DNA of 54,449 nucleotides, filler included, from Stramenopiles sp. TOSAG23-3 (taxonomy: Eukaryota), in NCBI GenBank assembly GCA_900128585.1. It is 4 parts of 4 records of this genome, joined end to end, with 100 filler letters (N's around TTAATTAATTAA, not from the genome) between each part and the next. Parts side by side here need not be neighbours in the genome. Positions count along the whole stretch, not along the records: positions 40,951 to 54,449 come from LT642623.1; 3 more parts are not named here. One strand, written 5' to 3'. The notes beneath the pieces were generated by a model. It saw nothing but the letters and a program-made list of their open reading frames with translations, made no database searches and was not told the origin of the DNA. Shown in pieces: positions 41,133 to 52,300 of the stretch. Every line of letters starts with the position of its first letter. Position 1 is the stretch's first letter. The position numbers and the translations under genes are program-made.

Positions 41133-42989
41133 ATGAAGAAAAGCACGGGGTACGAGAAAAGTAAACACGGAAAGGGATTGGGAGGTAAGCGCTCGCGGCG
41201 GGTAAGGAAGTATGAGCCTCGTTACATAGAGGCAGTTTTCGACCTGCCTTCTGCACAGAAAGGGGAATATGCGGAGATTCGCGATGCAAAATATTACCAG
41301 AGCAAGCTGCGGCGCGTCAATGCGGGCTACATACAATCCTTGCGAAATATGAAAGAAAAAGTCGAAAAGGCAGAGAAAGACCAAGAGCTATATACGGAAG
41401 TATTGTTTCCAAAATATGTAAGTTTGTGCAAGGATGTTCAAGATGCAAAGGTGAAGCTGCTGGACTTCAAATTTCTTAAGAAGTTCATGGACAAGAACAA
41501 AAAAAGGAAGGAGAAGAAACGCCGAAAAGCAGCGGAGAGACGCCTCGGAAAGATTCAGCTGAAAACCAAGGACCTACGCGAGGAGCTGAGCCACATTAGA
41601 AGCACTCGAGAGAAACAAACTGGGTTGATTCGCAAAGCCGAAGAGCAACTTCAATCATTTATGGCAAGCAACGACGCGGCAATCGAAAAGCGCATGACAA
41701 ACACAGACGCAAAAATACGGTACAACATGATTGTTAAGAATAGAAATAAAGTCAAAATTCAAATCGAAGACCTTCAGAGTGCCATTGTAACGACGGTGCA
41801 ACTGTGCAAGCGTTTGCACGGTGAACTTTACGACCGAAAGAACTGTTTTAGATATTTTACGTACGAGAAAGAGGTGGAAAAGAAGAAAGACGAATTGACA
41901 AAAGCCAGAAACAAAGTAAAGGAGAAAGATCAAATGAAACTGGACATTGAGCGCGATTCAAAGGTTTTGGCTAGTAAAACGAAAGAGCTGGAGGGGGTAA
42001 ACACCGAGATAAATGCGTTGAGTGCAAAAGCCGAAGATTTGCACCTTGCGATTGGGGGGTGCTATTTGGAAGACAAAGATGAATTCCTACAGAAAAACTT
42101 TGAAGTAACGAAGAACATAATGAAGCTGGAGCACATGAAGCGTCTGTACGATGATCGGCACAGGGCGACCCAGTGGTACATCTCTATGCTTCTGTTGCAC
42201 ATGTCGAAGGGCAATAAGAAGGACCCGGGAACGGAAGAAGAAGAGAGCCCCGGATTAAGTTCGATTGAACTATTGCAACAGCGGAAAAGTATGATCGACT
42301 CATTAAGGAAGTACATCATTGAGCACGAAGTGATGGATAAAACCCAGCCTCGAATCACCCGTGCTTTGGAGTTGATAAAACGGAAGACGCAGGAGATGAA
42401 AGAAAAAATAGACACGGTACAAGGGGAAAGCATCAACAAGATAAAAGAAAAAAATGCCGCCGAGCGCAGCACACTAGGGGAACGCGTCAAATGCTTGAAG
42501 GAAAGGGCCCTCTATGGCAGAAAACGGGTGGAAGAGACCAGCGCACTGTATACGGAGATGATGGTGGAGCTTTCCCAGAATAAAACGACGAGACTACTCC
42601 AATCGTTAGAACAACAGATCCAATACCACACACACATTAACTACCATTCAAAAGAGGCATTGCGGGATATTTTGAGGCAATTCGAGCGGGAAGAGCGGCG
42701 TGGAAAACTCGTCAAAGGGGCGGAAGAACAGAAACCTGGCGCCACCCTTAGCCACGACGAGAAAGAAGATATCCCGTTTGCAGTTGTTCAGCAGCATTGG
42801 TTACTTGGTGGAGGTTTTCAATTCGAAAAAGTGAACCCACGAAGAAAAAGAAATGAGAAGAAGAAAAAATTTAAGTTAAATTACTTGTCAATCGTAATCT
42901 TCTTCTTCGTCCCCAGACAGACGACGTTGGACGACCCGCCGCAGCTTCTTCCCCTCCCACGCGTCCTCCTCTTCTTCCTCCCCCGTTAA
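41133..42989 (+). CDS. Long coiled-coil hypothetical protein
   Basis: 618 aa ORF rich in K/E heptads. The last ~40 codons look atypical, so the 3' end is uncertain. Confidence 0.7.
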   Translation: MKKSTGYEKSKHGKGLGGKRSRRVRKYEPRYIEAVFDLPSAQKGEYAEIRDAKYYQSKLRRVNAGYIQSLRNMKEKVEKAEKDQELYTEVLFPKYVSLCKDVQDAKVKLLDFKFLKKFMDKNKKRKEKKRRKAAERRLGKIQLKTKDLREELSHIRSTREKQTGLIRKAEEQLQSFMASNDAAIEKRMTNTDAKIRYNMIVKNRNKVKIQIEDLQSAIVTTVQLCKRLHGELYDRKNCFRYFTYEKEVEKKKDELTKARNKVKEKDQMKLDIERDSKVLASKTKELEGVNTEINALSAKAEDLHLAIGGCYLEDKDEFLQKNFEVTKNIMKLEHMKRLYDDRHRATQWYISMLLLHMSKGNKKDPGTEEEESPGLSSIELLQQRKSMIDSLRKYIIEHEVMDKTQPRITRALELIKRKTQEMKEKIDTVQGESINKIKEKNAAERSTLGERVKCLKERALYGRKRVEETSALYTEMMVELSQNKTTRLLQSLEQQIQYHTHINYHSKEALRDILRQFEREERRGKLVKGAEEQKPGATLSHDEKEDIPFAVVQQHWLLGGGFQFEKVNPRRKRNEKKKKFKLNYLSIVIFFFVPRQTTLDDPPQLLPLPRVLLFFLPR

Positions 42990-43568
42990 AGTGGCACTTG
43001 TAATTGTTCACCGTGTCCACTTCATTAAATTATACTTATATATCCGATTTTGTGTCAATTACAGAATTGTACAGAAATGATAGAAAATGTAGTTCTAAGT
43101 ATATTGAATTGGTTTTAACAAGTACAAACAGTGAGAAATGAAACCGAAAAATCTATTTTCGAAATATTTTTTTTTATTTCTGTTTTATATATTATTTTGA
43201 TTAGTTACTATTGCTATGTATACAATTCATTGGTGCCTATTTATATATAAATAAGTACGTTATGATGGTATACAAATTGTATTTTATGTCTTATTCGTTA
43301 CTCTCTTGTGGTGAATCACACCCCTAATAAAACAAACACACTAACCCTCCTCCTCCTCCTCATGTGATTGATTATGAAAGAGATAGACGAGTGTGGGGAG
43401 ATAGATGGATCATTCGAAAAGAAGAAGAAAGGGTTTAGATTAGGACGGGCATGGTTTTGTTTTAAGTTAGTTGCCCGAAAGAAATACTCACACGTACCCT
43501 GTGCGTGACGACGTTTTCTGTGAAATCGAAAGTTTGTTTGGTTGAGGCGCATTGTTGATTTTTAGAAG

Positions 43569-45476
43569 ATGACATCTGTAAGCCCATCGAACATGGGCGA
43601 GGGTGAAAGCAAAACTCCCCTTCCACGGTCGTCTTCGGTGGGGAAGCGGTTGAGGAGTTTGGTGCGAAAACAAAAATCTTCACAGGAGAAAGAAACAGGA
43701 AACCTTAAATCCGTTATTGATCAATACAGACTCAGGGATGCCACGAGTAGAAAAGACAGCGTCAGCGCGCTGGAATTTGGAAGGGCTGTTGCGAACGCAA
43801 AGGATGCGGAAGACGAGCTCCGGAAACGGAAAAACATTTGTCCAATGTACCCCAACTCGAGCCTTCGCCGATTCCTTGACATTTTGTTGCTCATTTGCGT
43901 AATATACGATTCCATATTTATTCCGCTCAAAGTGGCATTTGAGAACTTTAACTTGATATGGACTAGCCAGGCCCAGTTCGAAACGTTTGTAGACGTAGTT
44001 TTCATATTAGATTGCCTGAGCTATTTTTTCACTGCTTACGTTTCGAAGAGGGGGGAGTTAGAAGTTCGGTTGAATTTTATCGCGTCTCATTACCTGTCTT
44101 CAGCGTTTCTCTTTAATTTCATATGCAGTTTTCCGTTCGAAGCGGTGGAAAAGGCGTTTAATAGAGGCGAAGGGGGCGTTGGCCGCGGGATTCAGCTGGT
44201 AAGAATTTTTAGAATTGCGCGTCTTCTGCGTGTCGTCGGCAGACTCAGCCGTCTCTCTAGAATTGCCGAGACACTCATAGGAAACATACGATACACAAGG
44301 TGGGGGCTACTGATGCGAATCGTAAAAGTGTTTATGTTCGTTCTCGCACTGTTACACTTTTTGTCTTGCTGGTGGATTTTTGTACTGAAAAGCATGGAAC
44401 CCGACAATGAATTAAATTGGTTCAGAAACCAAGACTTGCCAGGGGACATAAACCTCTACGATGATTTCGAGGATATGTCGGGGGAGGGGACCGTTCGCAT
44501 TTATGTAAAGAGTGTCGGCGTTGCATTGGACATGATCCTTGGGGAATCGGTGTCATCCTTCACGGTTGTGCAGCGCCTCAACGTGATATTTATACAATTG
44601 CTGGGTGTTTCCGTGGTGGCGACTGTTTTCGGACAATTCGGCTCAATGATGGCAGATTGGAACAAAACAGAGAGTCAATGGCATACGTTAATGATGGAAA
44701 GGTGTTCCTTAATGTCATACATGCATTTACCCGAAGAGACACAGTACCGAATCCGAAAGTTTTATGAATACCAAAGGGAACAGACAGAGCACGGCTTTGT
44801 GTCCGAAAAAATGGCAGAGGATTTTATATCCAATCTTTCCCTTCCGCTTCAAGCCGAGGTGCAATACTATTTGCACAGGAAAGAGTTGGGGGAAATAAGC
44901 ATTTTTGCAGATTGCCCAAGCGATGCAATTCATGCGGTGATTAAAAAAATAAAATTTCAAATATATTTGCCAGGTGATATAATTGTGAAGCAAGGGGACG
45001 CTGGCACTACGTTTTTCCTTCTTCTCCGTGGGAGGTGTGAAGTTTTGGACAAAACTAACAACGTCGTCTCACCTTTGACAGCAGGCGATCATTTTGGAGA
45101 GGCTAGTTTAATTAACGGCGAAAAATATGCGGCTACTGTTCGGGCACAAACTTACTGCAATTTTAACACGCTGCCCAAGGACGCGTTTGATTCAATTCTT
45201 GAGGAACATCCGGAATACGACCGCATTATAAAATCGTCTATCGAGGCGTCGAGAAGACAAAGCTTGACGAGAATGAGAACCCCCAAGAAAAAGCCAAAAT
45301 TGTTTACAAGGGATAGTATTACACATAAAAGTGCCCTCGGGGACCCGCAACCTTTGGTGACGCCTGCACTCTCCATAGGCGGGGCAAAAAAGGTACCAAC
45401 GCCCCCCGGCGAAGCACCGAAACTTGATGCCCAAAACAAATGGAAGCGGGCAGACGAAATGTGGGGCAATGTTTAA
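43569..45476 (+). CDS. 6TM voltage-sensor channel with C-linker and cyclic-nucleotide-binding-homology domain (HCN/KCNH/CNG superfamily), atypical pore
   Basis: YDSIFIPLKVAF, FFTAY, S4 LVRIFRIARLLRVVGRLSRLSR, C-linker LPEETQYRIRKFYEY and CNBD YLPGDIIVKQGD..GDHFGE. Confidence 0.9.
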   Translation: MTSVSPSNMGEGESKTPLPRSSSVGKRLRSLVRKQKSSQEKETGNLKSVIDQYRLRDATSRKDSVSALEFGRAVANAKDAEDELRKRKNICPMYPNSSLRRFLDILLLICVIYDSIFIPLKVAFENFNLIWTSQAQFETFVDVVFILDCLSYFFTAYVSKRGELEVRLNFIASHYLSSAFLFNFICSFPFEAVEKAFNRGEGGVGRGIQLVRIFRIARLLRVVGRLSRLSRIAETLIGNIRYTRWGLLMRIVKVFMFVLALLHFLSCWWIFVLKSMEPDNELNWFRNQDLPGDINLYDDFEDMSGEGTVRIYVKSVGVALDMILGESVSSFTVVQRLNVIFIQLLGVSVVATVFGQFGSMMADWNKTESQWHTLMMERCSLMSYMHLPEETQYRIRKFYEYQREQTEHGFVSEKMAEDFISNLSLPLQAEVQYYLHRKELGEISIFADCPSDAIHAVIKKIKFQIYLPGDIIVKQGDAGTTFFLLLRGRCEVLDKTNNVVSPLTAGDHFGEASLINGEKYAATVRAQTYCNFNTLPKDAFDSILEEHPEYDRIIKSSIEASRRQSLTRMRTPKKKPKLFTRDSITHKSALGDPQPLVTPALSIGGAKKVPTPPGEAPKLDAQNKWKRADEMWGNV

Positions 45477-45726
45477 TTTTTGGGTGTAAATGTTTCAGAC
45501 TTTGAACAGAGTGAATGTTTTGTTCGAGTTTGTAAAAGATANNNNNNNNNNNNNNNNNNNNNNNNNNNNNNNNNNNNNNNNNNNNNNNNNNNNNNNNNNN
45601 NNNNNNNNNNNNNNNNNNNNNNNNNNNNNNNNNNNNNNNNNNNNNNNNNNNNNNNNNNNAATAAAAAATTTATTCAACAGACGCCAAGGCGCCTCATTTC
45701 AAAATTGATGAATATCGAAAGCGCAT

Positions 45727-47346
45727 TTAATCCGGGCCATCGTTATCTTCACTTCTTCCATCTGCTTCGCCCCCCCGCACGGGCTGCGCTTTTTGCATGG
45801 GGCGGGTTCTAGAATGGAACATGCACCGTATCATGCCACGCCAGATAAGAAAAGCCAAAATTGTAGCCAGGCACACAAAACTTAAACACACCGTGTACAC
45901 ATCAAAATATTGGCTACGGTACCATTCCATTTTCGACACTCTTTCTGAAATACGCGGACTGTAATCGTGGTAGTGCTCCAAAATAGATACAGAACGATCT
46001 AAACCTCCTGCCATTTTGAGGAGGGAGCCCACTCGCCTGGCTTGCTTCGAGTACTCCTCGTTTGCCCGGATAATTTCCAACACGTTTTTCCGTACGTCAG
46101 CAGCACTCAAGCGCACTTTACTCAACACTTTGCCCACTTTTGCATCGAGGACACGGGCAGACACATCCGCTTGATCACCGAACAAAGGTAAGCACAACAA
46201 TGGCTTGCCTTGCACCAACGATTCTTGCGCTACAGCCAGACCACAATGCCCAACGACAACTTTTACAGCTCGGTGAGCGACAATTTGCATTGACATGCCT
46301 CCAGCTTTTCCAACAATGTGAAAAGACGGAGGGATGGTTTGGGGCAAAAGGGATTTTTGGTCATTCGACATGGACCACAAGACGCGCAGTCGTACGTCTG
46401 TAAGCCCGTTTAACAGTGCCGTTATTTGAGCTTTTTCTAGCTTTGCCATCCACCCAAAATTGACAAAGACAACAGAAGAACTCAGTGCATGTTCGTCCAA
46501 CCAACCCACAATTGCTTCAGGAACGCTTTGATGGGCATTATCCTCCCGTATAATCGGCCCCACCATTTCCATTGAGGCGGGGACCGCACGTGCATGGTCA
46601 AGGCCAAACGCGGTGTTGACTATTGTTTTGCTGCCATGGAATATGTCGTGTTGGCTGCCATACCTGTTTAGCCCATTTTCCCATCTCATTTTGTTCAACC
46701 GTATGAATGCAGGGGTAAGGGCGACGCTGAGTAGGCGTGGGTACAAAATATTCATACATCGATCCCACAGGGTCATGTCGATAGAAAACCCTGTCCCCCA
46801 AGCAGGTAGCCATGGGTGTGGTGAGATATCCACGCTGAAAGGGAACGTAGGCATATTTATCACTACTTTCACTCCCATTTTTTCAGCCGCATCCACAGCA
46901 CCTAGTGAACCAACGTCAACGACCATCATCGTTGGTTTCTCCCTTTCTATAATCTTTATCGTGGCTTCGTACGTCTGTTTGTACGTCGGTAAATAAATCT
47001 CGTTGAACAGCGCCAAGATACCGCGGAAAAGGGACGGATCTCGCATAATTTTCACCATGGAACTGCGCAGTTCCCCCGGTCGAACAGGAAACCGCCCCAT
47101 GCTAACATATTTCGACCCGGTCGCTTTTACCCACTCTTTTGCTCTATTGTGCGTGGCAAAACTGACCTTAATTCGGTCGTCTGTTTTGTGCCGCATTACA
47201 ATTTCTTTTGCCATTCTAAGGAGTGGGGTGGCGTGCCCTCGAATACCCAAGCTGACAAATAGAAAGTGCTTTCTTGTCCCCGTTTCATCATTACCAAGCG
47301 CAGGGCAATCCTTACTCCCGTCAGCCGAATCGCAGGTCCCATCCAT
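45727..47346 (-). CDS. UDP-glycosyltransferase (GT1, UGT-like) with C-terminal TM anchor
   Basis: GIRGHATP (catalytic His), VGPI, VFVNFG and the UDP-sugar signature IVAH..V..VVGHCGL...ESLVQGKPLLCLPLFGDQ. C-terminal WY..QYFDV plus TM. An upstream exon may exist. Confidence 0.9.
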   Translation of the reverse strand: MDGTCDSADGSKDCPALGNDETGTRKHFLFVSLGIRGHATPLLRMAKEIVMRHKTDDRIKVSFATHNRAKEWVKATGSKYVSMGRFPVRPGELRSSMVKIMRDPSLFRGILALFNEIYLPTYKQTYEATIKIIEREKPTMMVVDVGSLGAVDAAEKMGVKVVINMPTFPFSVDISPHPWLPAWGTGFSIDMTLWDRCMNILYPRLLSVALTPAFIRLNKMRWENGLNRYGSQHDIFHGSKTIVNTAFGLDHARAVPASMEMVGPIIREDNAHQSVPEAIVGWLDEHALSSSVVFVNFGWMAKLEKAQITALLNGLTDVRLRVLWSMSNDQKSLLPQTIPPSFHIVGKAGGMSMQIVAHRAVKVVVGHCGLAVAQESLVQGKPLLCLPLFGDQADVSARVLDAKVGKVLSKVRLSAADVRKNVLEIIRANEEYSKQARRVGSLLKMAGGLDRSVSILEHYHDYSPRISERVSKMEWYRSQYFDVYTVCLSFVCLATILAFLIWRGMIRCMFHSRTRPMQKAQPVRGGEADGRSEDNDGPD

Positions 47347-48002
47347 GAATTTTTGAACGGAAGGAGTTCCTATGAATCTCCACTATAAACAGCGACACTA
47401 TGAGAAAAAATACAGACCTTTATACCAACCGGACGGCCACCACGACAGCAAACACAAAACAAAAAAGGAAAACGATAGAACAGGCAACGGCAATAGCAAT
47501 AAATAAACAAAAATGAAACACAGATGCAGACCCGAAAGAAACGTGGCAAATTACTTCTTGTGAAAGATGCTCTATGCTTCGATGAAGTGATACTTTCTTG
47601 TCACCATCACCAATGTACGATCGACTTTTGATTTCATTTCATTCCATTCTATTCATTGTTGCATTAAGTTTAAGCCAACCGACCGTCGCCACGAAGAAGA
47701 AATAATTATTATTATAGTAGTAATAAGTAATAATAAATTAAAAAATAATAAAATAATCGAAGCCCCAAACATTAATAGGTAATATATTATAAGGGTACAA
47801 AATATTGTAGTTAATATTATACAAAAACTTTCCTTCGCCTCCGCCGGAGGAGGAAAGAACGACGAAGAAAGAAGAAAGAAGAAGAAGAAGAAGAAGAAGA
47901 GAAAGAAGAAGTAAAAAGAAAGAAAAGAACGTTCGTTTGTGTTGCGTTGCATTGTGTATTCACATATAGCGAAAAGGGTTTTTGTTCTTTCTTCTTTAGG
48001 AA

Positions 48003-48656
48003 TTAATCTTCTTTGACCTTGCCTTGAACCCCTTTCGCTTTATCTTCAGCCTGTTTGTCATATGCTATTTTTGCCAGAGCCGCACGCGCATTGTCATCCC
48101 CTAATTCAGCGGCGTGCATGTAGTATTTCACAGCTTCGTCTACGTTCTGCTCCGTGCCTATTCCGTTTTCGTACATGTTCCCGAGATGAGCAAATGCTTC
48201 AGGGATATTTGCTTGTGATGCCAAATGGAACAGGTTAAATGCCTCTTCCAGATCTGGCTCAATGATACCCTCCACCCCCGAAGAAAATGCGTGTGCTAGG
48301 CTAAATTGGGCCCAAGGATGCTTTTGGTGTGCAGCGTCTCGAAACATCCTCAATGCCGCCCGGGCATCGTGTTCCACTCCGTCGTGGCCGTTTTGCAACA
48401 GCAAGCCGTAATTGTACTGCGCGTTTGCGTCGCCTTGACGTGCCTTTTTTTCTATTTCTTCCGGTGTCTTATATACTAATCCTTCTACAGAAGAACTCCC
48501 TTTTGCAATATTTCCCAACTCCCCCATCGCTTCTGCAAGTTCTTGCTCTGCACGCCCACCCCCTAGGTCATTTCTCGAGGCAACAACCTTAGTCCTACCA
48601 CGACTAGCCGATCGACCAAAAAGTCTACCAAGAAACCCACCAACTCTTCCACTCAT
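48003..48656 (-). CDS. Sel1-like repeat protein
   Basis: AQYNYGLLLQNG, AQFSLAHAFSSG and AFAHLGNMYENGIG..EAVKYYMHAAELG. The Arg/Gly-rich N-terminus resembles a mitochondrial presequence. Confidence 0.88.
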   Translation of the reverse strand: MSGRVGGFLGRLFGRSASRGRTKVVASRNDLGGGRAEQELAEAMGELGNIAKGSSSVEGLVYKTPEEIEKKARQGDANAQYNYGLLLQNGHDGVEHDARAALRMFRDAAHQKHPWAQFSLAHAFSSGVEGIIEPDLEEAFNLFHLASQANIPEAFAHLGNMYENGIGTEQNVDEAVKYYMHAAELGDDNARAALAKIAYDKQAEDKAKGVQGKVKED

Positions 48657-49362
48657 AGTATATACGTTTACTGCAAACGAAAATGTACAGATGAACACAT
48701 GGACACTTTCAATGAATGATTTAGATGCGAATTAAACAAAATAACGACCCGAAAATGACTATAGTGTGTATCGACATTTTTCTTTTGAGTTTCTCTTTTT
48801 TTCATTTGAAATTTCCATATTTTTGAGTGGTTTAGTTGTAGTACTACCAAGGTATTTATAAATAAGATTGAGGAGATGAGAAAAGAAAAGAAGAAAAGAT
48901 CGATAATAATAATAAGATTTTTTTGATGGAGAAGATTTTTTCGTCCAAAAAAAAAAGGTTTTTTTTTTTTTTAAATAATAAAATAATACAGTAGTTGTTG
49001 TTGTTTATGAATTATTTAAACATATTTCTTCCTGTGCTATTTATATGTTAACTATAAATCCATTTACTGTTGTAACTCTTCTGGATATTAGAAAAGAGAA
49101 AAAGAAACTGGGATTACAAGGTGATAGAAGGAGGAGGAGGGGGGGGGGGGCGCAGTTATTCTTCTTCTTCTTCTTTCTTCTTTTCTTCTTGAGATGGATA
49201 ATTTTTCAGTGTGTAATATTTATAGATAGTATACACATTGGTTTAAATGCGGGGATTGATAATTAAAAAAGAGAACGGTTATGTTCATTTCTGAAAGATT
49301 TTTATGCTGTACATATAAAAGTGTGTCTTTTATGTTGTATATATATATACAGACCGTGTACA

Positions 49363-52300
49363 ATGGACCCAACGAAGAAAGAATGGCAGGTTGAAGCCAG
49401 CGAAAGTTTGCCCAACGGTAGCATATCGCAGACGGCACCCCAGGGAAACACCCCCGAAATTGCTGGGGGGAAAGGTGTGGGTATAGTTCGCTCGGCGGTG
49501 GAAACAGAAACTGGGGAGAAACAAGAGAACACAGAAGGCGTGGCGCCAAAACAAATTGCAGTAGCTAATGCTGCAACTGTACAGCTGCTTCCCAAACCTG
49601 GTGGTGGCAAAGCCAACAACAGCTCTGCAACCCCGCCTGGAACCGCGGGATCTGCGGCTTTGCCCATTGCAGGGGGGGAGGATCAAAAACCAACGATAGA
49701 ATTGGCTCCAATGAGTGCAAAAGAAGAGACCACGGGCAGCGAAGCAGAACCGCAAAACCGGAAAATGATGCATTACGTCCTTGCAATACAAAGAGCCATA
49801 AAGGCCTTTGAAGACAACGCCCAGGTTCTCGACAGCGACGCGGCAAACACACGAGAGCGCGCCAATACTGCGATAAAGACGTTGAAAAGCTATTGCAGCA
49901 GCACTGCTACAGGCAAAGCGGGGGGCGGGGGTGCCCGAGGAACAGCCTGGGAAGGGCGGAATCAAAGGCTTTCCCGATTTGAGATATCTGCTATTGAGGC
50001 AAACACGACCCTTACCGATCAATTAGACAAACTTGGAATTGTGAAGGGTGAGCTAGACGAAAGTTTTGCAAAATTGGTGTACGCACGGAATGCCGAAGAT
50101 CCTTCCGAAGTTTCAATGAACGCTAAACGTGCTGCCATGCTTCTGCAAGATGCATTTAGTAACCGAGATCCAAACCACATTTTAACGACAGACTTTGACC
50201 TGTTAATCTACTCGTGGCTGAGCAGCAGAACCGTCAAACGTTTTTTCCTTCTCATGGGCTTCTTTCACTTGTCAATCGCATTTGTGGAAGAAAAGGGATA
50301 TGGGCTGTTGAGTTCCAACCCATCCAAGTATGTATGGAGTGCAACGGCCTTGCTTGGAATCGAATACTTCTTTATGGCACTGTACGGTTTGAATCTGCTT
50401 TTCATCCTTCGCGTCTATCGAAGCATTCGAAGTTGGAACATTGCATTTTTGTGCATATGGTTTGTCAGCATGGTAGATTTAATATACGCATCTGCGCAAA
50501 AAGAACCAAATTCGGTCATGCGAATCACACGTGCACTTCGCCCCTTTTTTCTGGTGTACCGGTCCCGGCCGATGAAAGACATGATATCAGGATTTATACA
50601 AGCAGCCAAGAGGCTCTTGCCACTATTTGTGTTTATAATATTGCTCCTAATTCTCCAGGCGGTCGTGGGCGTCTCTATGTTTCCACGTTCATGCGGCGAC
50701 GTCGAAAGCGCCGGGGCTAGAGTAAGACCACCCGCCTGCCAGACAGAGGACTGGATTAGCTTGTTTTCCAGTCAACTGAAGAACAATATATCATTGATGT
50801 ATTCGTCAAACGGTTCGCAAACGCTGGACGTCATTTGCGAGTCCGAGAAAACCCCCGTACAATTGTGTAAAGAACTAAAATCGATCCCTGGCGCGTACTA
50901 CGCCCAGGGACAAAATTATTTCGACAGCCTCTATATGAGCGTCTTGCAGCTTCTTTATTTGCTGTTTGGAAGCGTCAATTACCCCGATGTCCAAATGCCA
51001 GCTGTATTGACCCTAAACTATGGGTATATCTTGTACTTTGCCACGTCTCTTCTGATGGGAATATTGTTCTTGAACATGGTGCTCGCTGAAGTGTTCCAAG
51101 CGTGGAAGACAGGATCAGAAAAGTCATTCTTGCATAATTATAGAAGGCAGCGAACGGCGTTAATAGAGTGCTTTGTGGTGATGGATCAGGACGGCTCAGG
51201 CACAATCGACTTTGAAGAGTTTCGGGCCGTCGTAGAACTTGTTCGCAAAGAGACGAAAGAAGATTATCATCTCTTGTCCGAAATATTTGGGCGGGTCAAT
51301 TCAGACGGGGATGATGTGCTGACGCTGAGTGAGTTTTTCACAGTGTGTGACGCGCTCTGGCTGATGAAAACAAAGGAAGAAAAATTCCTGCATGCAAGTA
51401 TGCACGATATTCCCCCCCATCTGACGGTACAAAAATTCAGCAGACTGGATAGAATGGCGATGCAGCACTTCAACGATGCTCGGAAAATGTACATAGGCCA
51501 ACATTGCAAAACCGTCAAAAAAACATCCTGCTTCCACCGCGTTTATTACCAAGGACTATTCCCATCGCTCAGAACAGCTCTTCGAAGCAAATGGGTGGAA
51601 GCTGTTTTTCTAGTTGTCGTACTATTTACAGTAGTGGCGTTTTACGGGGAAATCGACAGTACTTTAAAGTGCGATGGCACCTCGCAAAAACATTTCCAGA
51701 CCATGCAGTGGGTAGGCATCGTCCTTTTGTCGTTGGAGGTTATCTTGAAAGTTTTGGCGGTCGGGGCTCGAGGATACTTTGGCGTTGGATGGTGGAGGTT
51801 TGACTTGCTTACATTACTGGCAGCCATCGTTGGTAATTTGATTCATGCCTTTATTGGATTGGACAGGTGTGTGGACCCTAAAAAGACGGAAGGAATGTTT
51901 TCGTACTCTTTTGGGTCGTTTTTAAAAACTACCGTATTTCTTCGTCTTTTACGAATTTTCCGATACGTTGCACAGACCCAATCCATTCCCGGGTCGTCAA
52001 CGCTTCGCTTGATGCGCGACTCGCTGCTAGCATTTGCCCCGAACATTTGGCCTTTCTTTTGTTTGTATGTATCGATAGTGTACATTTATGCAATTCTGGG
52101 CGTCTACGCGTTTGGGGGGGACACCTTGCGATACGAAGGCAAGTCTATCGGTGGGTTCAAAGCAGCAGGGGATTTTTCATTTAAAGAAGGGGACTTGACG
52201 ATCAATGTAAGAGGGCCTTATTTGACGGCAATTACGTTCGACTCTTTTCTTGGGGCAGTATTGACGCTGTGGTCGGTGACTATACTTAACAATTGGCATC

